A stretch of 64,000 nt of DNA from Nanobdellota archaeon (GCA_030648155.1 JAUSIK010000002.1:17205-81204), one strand, 5' to 3'. Positions 10,461 through 20,810 are shown, counted from the first letter of the stretch. Program-made: numbers and translations. The notes: a model not told the origin generated them from the letters alone.

Positions 10461-10539
10461 AATATATATTAAAGTATATATGTCTATTTAAATCTTTTAA
10501 TGCCTTTCCCCAATATCTTTTTTGCTTTATTTAATAATT

Positions 10540-12402
10540 TTATTCAATAGGTGCCCCAGATGTCCTGCTTCTTCCAGCCATCTGTCCGCCTAATTCTAAT
10601 GGTAAATTGGAAAAACCAGCTCCGTAAAGGGAATGATGGAAGTCGGGATTAATATTACCATGCCCAGAGAAATAACCAGGGGTAATTGCACTCGCTTGAT
10701 TCCAATATGGGCCACCAGCGCCATAGGCCGAAGCTCCAAAACTTGATAACGTCTCACGAACAGGAGTTTTCTGATTCAGTCCACTCTGACTTAGCCAATC
10801 TCCAGTTTCAGCAATTTTTTTAACTTTTTTATTATATTGATGAATTAAATCAAGCATTTGTTTAGTTGGTACGTTTCCCATTCCCATAGGAAGTTCAGTA
10901 TGGCTAAGTCCAAAATTATCAGACAAGTGAACGTGCTTAACTAAAGGGGCTATTGTTTTAGTCTGTTCGATTATTTGCTTTTCACTATAACCTTTTCCTC
11001 TAAGCATGTTAATATGCCCCACATCCCAAGTAACTCCTATAAGTTTATTGGCCTGTTCTTCAGCACTATGTTTAGACATGCCCATTTCTTTCATCGCTTT
11101 ATCTGTAAACATTTTTCTAGATTGTTCTACAATATCCCTTAAATCTTCAGCAGTATGCAATCCATCTCCAGCTGGAGGATTTTCAATACTAATAATCGGG
11201 GCATTATTTTTATATTCCTTAAATGCTGAAAATGCAGTATTCGAAAAACTGGTTGACGCTTTTTCTATTGCCCATTCTCTTAATGGTCTAATTGTCTTGG
11301 GTGTCTCTATACCACGTAAAACATTAATTCCTCTAACTACCTCATCAGAAAGAATCTCTACTTTAGAAGGATCTTTTTCTATTTGACTTATTTTGGGAGC
11401 AATTTCATCTCTAAATTTTTCCAATTTTTTGATATCCTCTTTATTTTCGTTTTTTAAAGCAGTTTTATAGGCATTATTAAACAAGTTTTGAAATCCTAAA
11501 TAAGCATCTCTTAAATAAATATCTCCTTGAGTAATATTACTTAATTCTCTATTAAGCCATTTCTTAGTTTCAGGTTCAAGTTCTTTAATAACTGGATGCT
11601 CTTCCCCTTTTGCAAATTTTTTATATATTTCAAGTAATTCACTTTTTTTATTGTCCTCTTTATCTTTAAATGTTTCTTCGATTATCCTTTCCCCTTGCCT
11701 TGCCTGAAATGTGATTTGCTGTAATTGTCTAAGCCACTGTTCTGTATTCTGCTTTTCAATTACATCTTTAGGATTAATATCTTTTTTTTCTTCTTTTTTT
11801 AAATAGTTGGTTTCTTGAGAAATAGGTTGAAATTGCCCGCTTTCTTCGTTGATTGCCCAAAAACTTTTAACTTCCCTTTTTCCCTTATCATCGATCGTAT
11901 ATGTTTCAGGCTCCATTAAACCGTTGCTTGCATGAAAAGTAACGACTAAATTCCCTTTAGGATCTAATGCATGAGCTCTTCTTACAGTGCTTATCATTTC
12001 CCGTTCAACTCTTTCCCTATCCTGTTCACTCCATCCTTGTTTACCTTGGAATCCTGTAACTTCAACTAAAGGAGCATGAAAAGTCAGATCAATTCCAGTT
12101 AACTTTTTTAACCTTTCAACCTCTTTAAATTGCTGTTTAGGAATCATATCCATTCCATGTATTCCTATTCCTCCCTGCCCTATATTAAACCCAGATACCT
12201 CAATTGTCTTAATACCCGTAGAAATTCTGTCTGAAACATTTTTCAGCATGTTAGATCCTATTGGATTAGAAGGAACGCCAAATTCGTTTGCTGAAGATCT
12301 ATAATCAAATCCCAAAAAACTCTCCCCATAGTTTTCTTTTATTCCATAAACTGGGTCAAAATCAAATCCCTTTTTATATGGGTTTTCACTTGCGTCTGCC
12401 AT
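10540..12402 (-). CDS. Xylose isomerase-like / AP endonuclease 2 TIM-barrel protein with a large helical insertion
   Basis: TFHAP, TFHAS, ISIENPP, WDVGHINM, HVHLSDNFG...ELPMGMGNVP. Confidence 0.75.
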   Translation of the reverse strand: MADASENPYKKGFDFDPVYGIKENYGESFLGFDYRSSANEFGVPSNPIGSNMLKNVSDRISTGIKTIEVSGFNIGQGGIGIHGMDMIPKQQFKEVERLKKLTGIDLTFHAPLVEVTGFQGKQGWSEQDRERVEREMISTVRRAHALDPKGNLVVTFHASNGLMEPETYTIDDKGKREVKSFWAINEESGQFQPISQETNYLKKEEKKDINPKDVIEKQNTEQWLRQLQQITFQARQGERIIEETFKDKEDNKKSELLEIYKKFAKGEEHPVIKELEPETKKWLNRELSNITQGDIYLRDAYLGFQNLFNNAYKTALKNENKEDIKKLEKFRDEIAPKISQIEKDPSKVEILSDEVVRGINVLRGIETPKTIRPLREWAIEKASTSFSNTAFSAFKEYKNNAPIISIENPPAGDGLHTAEDLRDIVEQSRKMFTDKAMKEMGMSKHSAEEQANKLIGVTWDVGHINMLRGKGYSEKQIIEQTKTIAPLVKHVHLSDNFGLSHTELPMGMGNVPTKQMLDLIHQYNKKVKKIAETGDWLSQSGLNQKTPVRETLSSFGASAYGAGGPYWNQASAITPGYFSGHGNINPDFHHSLYGAGFSNLPLELGGQMAGRSRTSGAPIE

Positions 12403-12433
12403 TATAACCTGAAAGAAACCGATTTATATAAAT

Positions 12434-12667
12434 CTATCCTCTTAAAGAGTATTTGCATTCCTTGCTTTGGTGATTTAATGCTCTAATAGCAGATTCCACT
12501 TGTGCCTTTGATTCAAACCCAGCCCTAACCTCAAAATAACCCTCTCTTTCTTCAATCTTCACATTTCCTAATGCATTTTCAATTTCTGATCTAATTTCAA
12601 GGTTTATTTCAGGATTGTCCAAAATTGAATTCTTAGGAGTTGCCCTAACTGTATAAAATATATTCAT
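12434..12667 (-). CDS. Small hypothetical protein
   Basis: 77-aa ORF with an upstream TTTAAA box. Confidence 0.55.
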   Translation of the reverse strand: MNIFYTVRATPKNSILDNPEINLEIRSEIENALGNVKIEEREGYFEVRAGFESKAQVESAIRALNHQSKECKYSLRG

Positions 12668-12890
12668 ATATTTCTTATAAAAACATTCTTTTTAAATATT
12701 CCCCCATTATTATACTCCGTTTGTAATTCAATCCCTGCTAAGATTCCTCATCATATTTTTATAATCTATATTAATAATTAGATTTTAAGTATTTTTACAT
12801 ATATTTTCACATTTTTAAAAAAATTAAGTTAAGAGTTTTCCTTTACACAAATAAAGATAAGGTTAAAAACCATCTTAATTAAATAAAACT

Positions 12891-13772
12891 ATGAAGACTA
12901 TTGAAAAAATTGCCGTCCATGAGGGGATATTTCATGCAGATGATGTTTTTGCGGTTGCAATATTAAAATTAATTTATCCATCTGCAAAAATTATTAGAAC
13001 AAGAAATGAAAAGATTCTAAAAAAATCAGACATTCGAGTAGATGTAGGGCGAAATTACGATCATGAAAATGGAAATTTTGACCATCATCAACAAGGAGGT
13101 GCAGGCGAAAGAGAAAATAAAATTCCCTATGCATCAGCAGGATTAATCTGGAAGCATTATGGAATGAAATTAGTAAGTTCAGAAGAAGTCTGGAACAACA
13201 TAGACAAAAAAATTATTCAATTTATAGACGCACACGATGTAGGCCTTAAAACTTTCACTTCAGAAAAAACAGAACCCTACACAATTTCACATTTAATTAG
13301 CGGGTTTAATCCTCCATGGCCAAACATTAGTCCTAAACTTTTTAACACTAGTTTTAAAGAAGCAGTTTCTTTTATTCAAAAACTTTTAAAAAAAGAAATT
13401 GAAAGGGAGGAAGGTGTTTTAGATGCCGTTAAAATTATTAGAGAAAAAATAAAAGAAACAAAAGAAGAATATTTGGTGCTAGACACATATATTCCGTGGA
13501 AAGAAATTATTGTTAACGAATCAAATTTAAAATTCATAATTTATCAAGATAGTCTTGATAAAAATTGGCTTGGTTTAGCAGTTCCTATAGAAATAGGAAA
13601 GTTTGAAAATAGAAAAGACTTTCCAAAAGAATGGGCTGGGTTAGCTGATGAAGAACTAGAAAAAGTTTCAGGTGTAATCGGGGCAAAATTTTGCCATAAT
13701 AAACTATTTATTGTTGTAGCAAAAACCAAACAAGGGGCAATTAACCTTGTAGAATTAGCATTAAAAAGTTAA
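12891..13772 (+). CDS. MYG1 family (UPF0160) metal-dependent exonuclease/hydrolase
   Basis: HEGIFHADDVFA, VDVG..YD....FDHHQ, YASAGLIWKHYG, FPKEWAGL, FCHNKLF. Confidence 0.92.
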   Translation: MKTIEKIAVHEGIFHADDVFAVAILKLIYPSAKIIRTRNEKILKKSDIRVDVGRNYDHENGNFDHHQQGGAGERENKIPYASAGLIWKHYGMKLVSSEEVWNNIDKKIIQFIDAHDVGLKTFTSEKTEPYTISHLISGFNPPWPNISPKLFNTSFKEAVSFIQKLLKKEIEREEGVLDAVKIIREKIKETKEEYLVLDTYIPWKEIIVNESNLKFIIYQDSLDKNWLGLAVPIEIGKFENRKDFPKEWAGLADEELEKVSGVIGAKFCHNKLFIVVAKTKQGAINLVELALKS

Positions 13773-14344
13773 ACTTCCCAAGGATATCTTCTTTTCTTTT
13801 GCTGACCATGTTGGGATTCATACCTATTATCTCTTACTCCAGCTTCAACAGACCTGCTCTGTTCAATGGATTCACCTCTGGCAATATCTCTTCTTTCAAC
13901 AATTGGCCTTCTATCGGCAAAAACATCCTGATTTGGAGCATTTGTAATTGTAGAAGTTCCACCACCTGCAGAATAATAGGCAGATTCATAGCTTCTCGCT
14001 GTTGTTTCTTGTGCCCTTGTCCTATATCCTCTTTCTCTCACTGCTTGTTCTCTTTCGAATTCTTGCCTTTCTCTATTAGCTTCAATTAATTCCCCTCTTC
14101 TCTCTTCAACTGTATTAATTTCAAGAGCAGGGGAAGGGCCTTTAAATCCTTCAACAACGGCCATATTACTAGTCTCCCCTATAACTTCTCCAGCTTTTCC
14201 CCTTCCAACTTCTTTAGCATCTTTTTCTAAGTCAGATTCATCCCTATCCTTTTCAGTAATAATTTTCATTTTAGGCTTTACTTCTTTCAGTACCTTTATC
14301 TCGCTTCTTTCTTCTTCTTTGATTTTTTTCCTTTCTTTCTTCAT
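13769..14344 (-). CDS. Hypothetical low-complexity charged protein
   Basis: 191-aa ORF ending KKRRYPWEV. Confidence 0.65.
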   Translation of the reverse strand: MKKERKKIKEEERSEIKVLKEVKPKMKIITEKDRDESDLEKDAKEVGRGKAGEVIGETSNMAVVEGFKGPSPALEINTVEERRGELIEANRERQEFEREQAVRERGYRTRAQETTARSYESAYYSAGGGTSTITNAPNQDVFADRRPIVERRDIARGESIEQSRSVEAGVRDNRYESQHGQQKKRRYPWEV

Positions 14345-14559
14345 AATATATTTAAGATTATTTACTATATATAGTCAACTATCCTGTTAAATTCAGTTCA
14401 TAACTTAACACCTCTATGGCCTAATTATATACCATCAGCAATATATTATAAATAATTTGAGTTCAAATAACAATTTTGATTGTTTTTACATACATATTTT
14501 TGATTTTAATAAATATAAAAAAGTTAACAGTCTTTTTTCAAATCTTCCTATCAATTACC

Positions 14560-16059
14560 CTAATAAAAGCTAGGCATATCAATAGTATCTTTATAAGAAT
14601 TGTATAGTTTTCTACAGCCAGCCCTAGCATACAATATTGTCTGATTTCTAATTATTTTTTCCATTTGAGTGTCCTTAGGAATTTCTTCTTTGTCTTTCTT
14701 TTCGGGTTTGAAAATTGAAAACAATGCAGTAAATGGGTTTACATCATCGGAACTTTTTTTGTCTTTCTTTTCATCTTTTTTATCATCCATAAATTCGTCT
14801 AAGTCCACCTGTATTTTAGCTAAACTGTCATCAGTAGTACCCTCAATCATTTTCATTAAATCTCCAAGGTCATCTTTTTCTAATTCTTTTTTCATGACTT
14901 TTACTTCATCATCTGTTAACGCATAGCTTGTAAAATCAATATCAACTCTTCCTCGGAACCCATATCCCCCTCCTTGAGAAAGTCTTTCAGGAACTGATCT
15001 ATATTTAAGCTCTACAAGTGCAATTGTATTGAAAACTTTTTTGAACTTGTTTCTATAATAGGGGGGCAATGCACCAGCAGCAATATCATCATCCATCTTA
15101 TATGCCCTCTTCCCCATCAATGTAAGTTCCATTAAAGTAGTGTTAAATGTATTCACTAAAGCAGATGTTGGGCTGGCCCTTTGTTCTAATGCCTGCGCCG
15201 CTTTCAAATAGGGTTTTATCCATCGGGCATATAATCTTACAGAATTAACTTGGTTTTTTAAGTATAATTTTTCTATTTCAAATCTTTTTCTTAGTTCTCT
15301 TTCAGACTCTTCAATCCACTTAAAAAATTCAGCTAATCTTTGTTCTAAAATTCTTTTTACCCTATCGTTTAAATCCAAATCTTTTACTCTATCTAATGAA
15401 TCAGCAACCATGAATGCATCAATCAGAGTAACATAATCAAACTGCTGTGCTAGTCCTTTAATGCTAGTTGTTCCTCTCTTAATTGCATCAACCTGGTCCA
15501 GCCATATTTGTTTTAAAGATAGTACCGCCGCGTTTTTTCTTGATTTATCATTTGATTTTAAATCATCATATAAGGATAATCTAATTTTAAATTCTTTTAA
15601 ATCGTAAACTATATTCAATATAGACTTAATAATAGTCCCAGAAGTCTGCATCATCTTCATTGCCTCTTCCTGCATTCTTGTTGCCCTCCCCCCCATTTCA
15701 GAAAACTGCGATGATCCGGGCGAAGTTACAAAGTTATCAAGTAATTTTTCAGAATTTTTATATTCCTTATTTATATAATCAACAAGCCAAAAATATATCG
15801 GTTCTAATGCCTGTGAAAAATTGTCGTAAGCCAAGCTATGTTTTTCTATTGGGTTTTTAATTCCCAGCATATGATATGGATTGTTAACATAAGCGACTTG
15901 ACTTAAATCAATAAAAGTAGTTTTTCTCGGTTTAGCTTTTTCAGCAGCAGCTAAATATCCTTTTTCTTTAGCTATTTTTTTAACTTCTTCTTTTAATTCA
16001 AGATCGCAGTATAAGTCAGGATTTATAGCTGCAATTAAGTTATGTATGTTTACTGCCAT
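14560..16059 (-). CDS. Hypothetical protein with coiled-coil segments
   Basis: Long ORF. Start moved to the ATG at 16059 (MAVNIH). No family recognised. Confidence 0.75.
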   Translation of the reverse strand: MAVNIHNLIAAINPDLYCDLELKEEVKKIAKEKGYLAAAEKAKPRKTTFIDLSQVAYVNNPYHMLGIKNPIEKHSLAYDNFSQALEPIYFWLVDYINKEYKNSEKLLDNFVTSPGSSQFSEMGGRATRMQEEAMKMMQTSGTIIKSILNIVYDLKEFKIRLSLYDDLKSNDKSRKNAAVLSLKQIWLDQVDAIKRGTTSIKGLAQQFDYVTLIDAFMVADSLDRVKDLDLNDRVKRILEQRLAEFFKWIEESERELRKRFEIEKLYLKNQVNSVRLYARWIKPYLKAAQALEQRASPTSALVNTFNTTLMELTLMGKRAYKMDDDIAAGALPPYYRNKFKKVFNTIALVELKYRSVPERLSQGGGYGFRGRVDIDFTSYALTDDEVKVMKKELEKDDLGDLMKMIEGTTDDSLAKIQVDLDEFMDDKKDEKKDKKSSDDVNPFTALFSIFKPEKKDKEEIPKDTQMEKIIRNQTILYARAGCRKLYNSYKDTIDMPSFY

Positions 16060-16130
16060 CTTCTCTTTTATGTATAATATTATATTAAAACCTTTATTTA
16101 AACTTTGACAAATCAATTATCAAATAGTAA

Positions 16131-16949
16131 TTAAGCAACCCGTTTAATATTATCAGCTTCTGCTTGTAATTTTTGAGATTTTTTATCTAGTAATTTTGAG
16201 ATCCTTCTATTTTCGTACTTTTCAGCTCTATCTCCTAATATCCAGCTATATGGTTTTCCAACAAAAATTTTAGCAGTAAATTTTCCAAGCCCATACAATT
16301 CTCTAGTCATATCTTTAACAAAGCTAGTCATGCCTTTTGCTAATTCAGATTTTGCCATATAATTAATCCCTTTGATTCCAGCCAGCGCAGTTAGTCCAGC
16401 AATGCCGGTATTAACTGCATTCTCAGCGTCTGTTCCATTTCCAGTATTCGCAATATTATATAATGTATCAGTAGCAGTCGCCAAAGTATTTTGAGCATTT
16501 GCTATTAATCCTTCTAAGCTGCCTAGACTTTTTACTCCATCCATACCCTTTGAAACTACGTTAGCAATATTTGCCCCAATAAAGTATCCAGCAGTCTTTA
16601 GAGTATTTCTTAATCCAGCACTTTTTGGGAAAATACTTTCTGCAAGTCTATCAATACCATATCCTCCAAGTGATGCTCCAGCAAGCCCAATACCCTTAGC
16701 ACTATAATCATTAAACTCATTTAGTCTGCTTATATCTCCTCCATAAAATATATTTGCTATTAATTTTTGAGAAAATCCTAATTTATCTATTTCTCCTAGT
16801 TTATCAGAACTAAGAACATAACCTGCAATTGGCAAAGCAGTATAAGCTCCTCTTGCCCCTGCCCTAACATAATCCTCAAGTTCTTCGCTAAATGAAGCCC
16901 CAACTGGCTCTTTTCTCTTCATTTCCTTTCTTTTTATTGTGAATGTCAT
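16131..16949 (-). CDS. Hypothetical Gly/Ala-rich protein, possibly membrane-associated
   Basis: The ATG at 16949 directly follows the upstream ORF stop and a GGAGG. It has glycine-zipper-like segments (GIGLAGASLGGYG). Confidence 0.65.
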   Translation of the reverse strand: MTFTIKRKEMKRKEPVGASFSEELEDYVRAGARGAYTALPIAGYVLSSDKLGEIDKLGFSQKLIANIFYGGDISRLNEFNDYSAKGIGLAGASLGGYGIDRLAESIFPKSAGLRNTLKTAGYFIGANIANVVSKGMDGVKSLGSLEGLIANAQNTLATATDTLYNIANTGNGTDAENAVNTGIAGLTALAGIKGINYMAKSELAKGMTSFVKDMTRELYGLGKFTAKIFVGKPYSWILGDRAEKYENRRISKLLDKKSQKLQAEADNIKRVA

Positions 16950-16950
16950 T

Positions 16951-17160
16951 TTAATTATGAGATTGCCTCCTTCTATTCTTTTCTCCATTGCTTCCAAAAG
17001 CCCCAGACATCATACTACCCTCGAATCGACTTTGCCGATATGAATCGCTAGATCTTCTTTCTCCCCAAATATCGTACCCCTCTCTCTTTAATATTTCATT
17101 TGCTTCTTCGAATAAGGGAAATGTTCCTTTACCGTCATAATCTTCGTTTCTTCTTACCAT
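16951..17160 (-). CDS. Small hypothetical protein
   Basis: 69-aa ORF with a BRE/TATA-like GAAAGATTTAAATA upstream on the minus strand. Confidence 0.5.
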   Translation of the reverse strand: MVRRNEDYDGKGTFPLFEEANEILKREGYDIWGERRSSDSYRQSRFEGSMMSGAFGSNGEKNRRRQSHN

Positions 17161-17285
17161 TTTGTTGTTTGTATTATTTTTACTTACTATTCAGTGACAA
17201 ATAGGGTATTTAAATCTTTCGTTATGTAGTTACTATATAGTTACTAAAAGGGAATATTTATATACTTCCCCCTCCATAATAAAAT

Positions 17286-17672
17286 ATGGTAGATCAATCA
17301 AATACAGGTGAAGCGTACAGCTTTTCAAATACAGGTGAAGCGTACAGCTTTTTTTATTGCAATGCTTCAAAAAGTGAAATATTAGAGGAGTTTCCAAGAG
17401 CCAGAAGATTAGCTCTAACGCCTGAAAATCTAGAATTAATACTAATAGAGGGGATTAATCCAGATATATTTGAAGATGAAAAATTAAAAAGAATAGCCTA
17501 TGAAAATTTAAAAATGGGAAGAAATTATACAATGGTGGCCGTTTTGCCAGGTGCACCAAATGAAAAAGCTTATACAGAATTAGGAGATATCTATAATTGC
17601 TTATATGCATCACCAATAGGGGATAAATTCTATAAAAACGGGGATTGGTTTCCCGCAGAAATAGTCTATTGA
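17286..17672 (+). CDS. Hypothetical protein, paralogue of the split gene downstream
   Basis: YSFFYCNASKSEI...LELILIEG...Y...FPAEIVY aligns by eye with 17680-18229. Confidence 0.7.
   Translation: MVDQSNTGEAYSFSNTGEAYSFFYCNASKSEILEEFPRARRLALTPENLELILIEGINPDIFEDEKLKRIAYENLKMGRNYTMVAVLPGAPNEKAYTELGDIYNCLYASPIGDKFYKNGDWFPAEIVY
17298..17351 (+). repeat. Perfect 27-bp in-frame tandem duplication
   Basis: TCAAATACAGGTGAAGCGTACAGCTTT x2, encoding SNTGEAYSF twice. Confidence 0.95.
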
Positions 17673-17679
17673 GGTAAAA

Positions 17680-18229
17680 ATGGAATCAAAAGATAAATTT
17701 GAAGTTGCATTATATGACTTATTCAAAAAATTCCAAAGAGAAATAGAAGAAATTGCATCTATAGAAAAAGTTGGAAAGGCATATTATATTTTTGATTTTC
17801 CAGCCTCTAAAACTGAAATTAACGAGAGAATTTCAATAGTTAGGAATCACCCATTACTAGGCGATAAGTTAGAGTTAACTCTTATGGAGGGTAAAAATTT
17901 AAAATACAATCCAAATATCACAAAACCCTTCGGGTTTCATGGTTTTGTGAGAACCGGGAGAAATCGACATAACAAATTCCTGCATAAAAATTAGAGATTT
18001 CTCACGAGTATTAAAAAATTTCATGGCTGAAAAAGGCCTAACCGAAAGAAGATACGTTCTAGAAGCCTCTCACCCAAATGTAGATAGCAGGGAAGTAGCT
18101 GAAGAAATAAAGCTTATAGCATTTTCACTTCCATCTGAAGATAATTTTGGAAAAGGCACTTTCAATGGAGAAATATACTATGAAGAAACAGGAAAATATG
18201 TTCCTTTTAGGGAATTTAAGAGTTTTTAA
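17680..18229 (+). pseudogene. Paralogue of 17286-17672 split by a 94-bp palindromic insertion
   Basis: Deleting 17917-18010 fuses ORFs 17680-17994 and 18023-18229 into one 151-aa frame (...KYNPN|LKNFMAEKG...). Confidence 0.7.
17917..18010. mobile_element. ~93-bp palindromic non-autonomous element, family 2, copy A
   Basis: Shares TGGTTTTGTGAGAACCGGGAGAAATCGACATAACAAA and GATTTCTCACGAGTA with 52573-52664. Stems are TCACAAAACC/GGTTTTGTGA and GAGAAATC/GATTTCTC. Confidence 0.75.
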
Positions 18230-18232
18230 AAA

Positions 18233-18670
18233 CTAATTCAATAATCTCTCGATACTAGCAAAATCCCTATTAAATTCAGAACTTTTTTTCACTGTTCCAG
18301 TAATATTTTCATTTAACAATCTCTCAAATTCATTAATATTAGCCCCAGTGTAAAGTATCACTTTAATATCTTTATTATGTGTCTGTAGATGAACTATTTT
18401 CAAGTTTTTTATTCTGGAAAATGCAGGATGATAATCTCTTCCATCATCGGTCGTAATAGCAAATAAATGAGTAACCATAAAATCATAATCAAATGTAGTA
18501 ATGCTAGTTTTAACCGCAGACATATTCAGGCCTTTAATATGATCTATTTCAAATCCTTTTCTTTCAAAATAAGCCCTGAAGTTTTTACCCCTTTCCTCTT
18601 CCTTTTTTTGATCCCCGCTTTCATATTGATAAGGATTCTCAACATAAAGCACTTTGCCTCTGTCACTCAT
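18233..18670 (-). CDS. Degenerate CheY-like receiver-domain protein
   Basis: KVLYVEN...FERKGFEI...YDFMVTHL...IKVILYTG...TVKKS follows the receiver pattern but lacks the phosphoacceptor Asp. Confidence 0.45.
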   Translation of the reverse strand: MSDRGKVLYVENPYQYESGDQKKEEERGKNFRAYFERKGFEIDHIKGLNMSAVKTSITTFDYDFMVTHLFAITTDDGRDYHPAFSRIKNLKIVHLQTHNKDIKVILYTGANINEFERLLNENITGTVKKSSEFNRDFASIERLLN

Positions 18671-18893
18671 ATCCCTTATACATCTATCAAATATTTAAGC
18701 ATTTTCTTTCTTAAATATAATATTAATTTTCTATTAAGTCCAGTTTATAACCTAGTACAATCTATAATCTATGATCATCATACTCCTCCTTTATATTGAA
18801 ATATGTTTTTAATTTTTCCTTTAGAAAATAATGAGCTAATAAGTTAAGTTTACTTATTCGTTAAATTTATTAATCACTTATCCATGTAATTAA

Positions 18894-19085
18894 ATGGGAA
18901 AAGCATTCATAATCTTTGGAATTTTATTCCTTCTTTTAGGCATTACAATTATATTCAATACATTTCAAGGCCTAACTGGTTTTGCTATTTATGAAGATGT
19001 AGATATTAACAAAGGCTTTTTGTTTGGAGCTTGGTTTGTCTTAACAGGTATATTGCTGGCAGTATATAGAAAGAATAAAAAATGA
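18894..19085 (+). CDS. Small two-TM membrane protein
   Basis: Two hydrophobic helices around LTGFAI. Overlaps the next ORF (ATGA). Confidence 0.65.
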   Translation: MGKAFIIFGILFLLLGITIIFNTFQGLTGFAIYEDVDINKGFLFGAWFVLTGILLAVYRKNKK

Positions 19086-19879
19086 AAAAAAAGAGTATAT
19101 TAAGAATAATAGGGGTATTTTACATTATTCTAGGTTTTCTTATTTTATTGAATTCTTTTGGAACAATAACAGGTCTTGTAATTGTCGATAATATTGAACC
19201 TCAAATTATTTCAGTTCTTGGAATAATAGTAATATCTTTAGGATTTTTAATTACCATAGCAATAAGAGAAAAAGAAGGTAATCTGGAAAAAAATATAAGT
19301 TTAAACTTATATAAAGCCAACAAAGGAGATGAAAATGAATCTTATATGATGACCGATCCAGAATTTTATTTCGAGAGCACTGGAGCAATAAGTTTGGGTA
19401 GATTCAAAAGGGAAATTCATCATTTAAAAGAAAGTTCTACAGGGGATGAATTAATTAAAATTGTAAGAGAATCATATGAACCCTCATTAATAAAATTAGC
19501 CGAATCACCTGATAGGGAAAAATCAGAGATTGCAATAAAATTTCTTAAAGTTTTGGATCCTTCCTATAAATCAATTGACAAAAAATTAGAATCTGGCTAC
19601 ACAATAAAACGCGATGAAAGGGAGGAAATAAAAAGTGCCTTCAGATCATATGACGGAAGACTTACACAAGAGCAAAGATTAGTGCTTAAAAAATTTAATT
19701 TGGAGATTGAAAATGGAGCGAAGCATTTCCGTATATTTTATTCTGGAACAAATTATAACTCAACCTTACAACATGGTAAGCCAAGTGATTTCAGAACTGG
19801 ATTAAATTTCACGACACAATTAGTTAACTTAATAGAAAAAGGCAGAAAACACGATCTTGAGAAGTCTAAAAAGAATTAG
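19082..19879 (+). CDS. Two-TM membrane protein with a possible C-terminal HicA-like domain
   Basis: N-terminal TM pair. C-terminal IENGAKHFRIFY...KPSDFRTGLN. Confidence 0.6.
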   Translation: MKKKSILRIIGVFYIILGFLILLNSFGTITGLVIVDNIEPQIISVLGIIVISLGFLITIAIREKEGNLEKNISLNLYKANKGDENESYMMTDPEFYFESTGAISLGRFKREIHHLKESSTGDELIKIVRESYEPSLIKLAESPDREKSEIAIKFLKVLDPSYKSIDKKLESGYTIKRDEREEIKSAFRSYDGRLTQEQRLVLKKFNLEIENGAKHFRIFYSGTNYNSTLQHGKPSDFRTGLNFTTQLVNLIEKGRKHDLEKSKKN

Positions 19880-20237
19880 GAATTCTAAACTCACTGTAAA
19901 ATCCCCAATCAGCCAAAGTCTCAATTGTACCAGAAAGACTTTCTTGTGATTCCGACCTAGTTAAATAAACAAATCTTCTAGGAGGTTCCCCATAGTATCG
20001 GGTTAGTTCTTCAATTAAATTAAAATTCTCTGCTACACTATTCAAGGTTATATCTTTTTCATTGCAAAATTTTTCAACTAATGAGAATTTTTCATCTTCT
20101 TTAATAACTATATTATTTATTCTTCTAGAATTATTTATTTCCCCAACCATTCTAAGCGCCGTTATATCGTGTAAACTATCCCGTTCATTTCTAGGTATAA
20201 TTATATACAATTCTCCTGAATATCTACTTTCCCCCAT
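19866..20237 (-). CDS. Hypothetical protein
   Basis: 123-aa ORF with an upstream TTTAAATA box. Confidence 0.55.
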   Translation of the reverse strand: MGESRYSGELYIIIPRNERDSLHDITALRMVGEINNSRRINNIVIKEDEKFSLVEKFCNEKDITLNSVAENFNLIEELTRYYGEPPRRFVYLTRSESQESLSGTIETLADWGFYSEFRIPNSF

Positions 20238-20329
20238 AAAAAAGGATATTATTAGCCTATTTAAAGCTTTTATTCGATATTCTTAGCCACTGGGCAAACC
20301 TTTAAATAAAAATTATTCTTAGTTACCTT

Positions 20330-20779
20330 ATGCCAATATTCAAAAAGAGGTCTCCAGAACTTATAGATCTTTCAGCATTACAAAAAAAAGGCACTCTTCA
20401 GAGATCCCAAAAAATAGCAAAATCCCATTCTAAATCTCCATTAAATCAAGATGATGTAATTGATCTTACTATGTTTAATAAATCATCACAAGATTCAATT
20501 TCAATGCCACAATTAGAACCAACAGGTTCTTCACCTTCAGACTCCCCATTTTCATCGCCTTCCTCCCCATTAGGAGATTTTCTTTCAAATTTGGCTTCAG
20601 TGAATGCCGTATCAGAAACTTCCATCCCCCAGTCATCTTCATTATCCTCTAGCCAAGTTCAATCTAAAGAATCCATCCATGAGGTTCAAGCATTAAAGAA
20701 TAAACTTGAAGATATAGAATTTAAGTTAGATACTTTCATCACCAGGCTCCAAAAACTTGAAGAAAAGTTAGGAAAGTAA
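20330..20779 (+). CDS. Hypothetical Ser-rich protein with a C-terminal coiled coil
   Basis: Disordered Ser/Pro core, then LKNKLEDIEFKLDTFITRLQKLEEKL. Confidence 0.7.
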   Translation: MPIFKKRSPELIDLSALQKKGTLQRSQKIAKSHSKSPLNQDDVIDLTMFNKSSQDSISMPQLEPTGSSPSDSPFSSPSSPLGDFLSNLASVNAVSETSIPQSSSLSSSQVQSKESIHEVQALKNKLEDIEFKLDTFITRLQKLEEKLGK

Positions 20780-20810
20780 TAAGTTTTATTTTCTTTTCAC
20801 TCTTCTTAAT

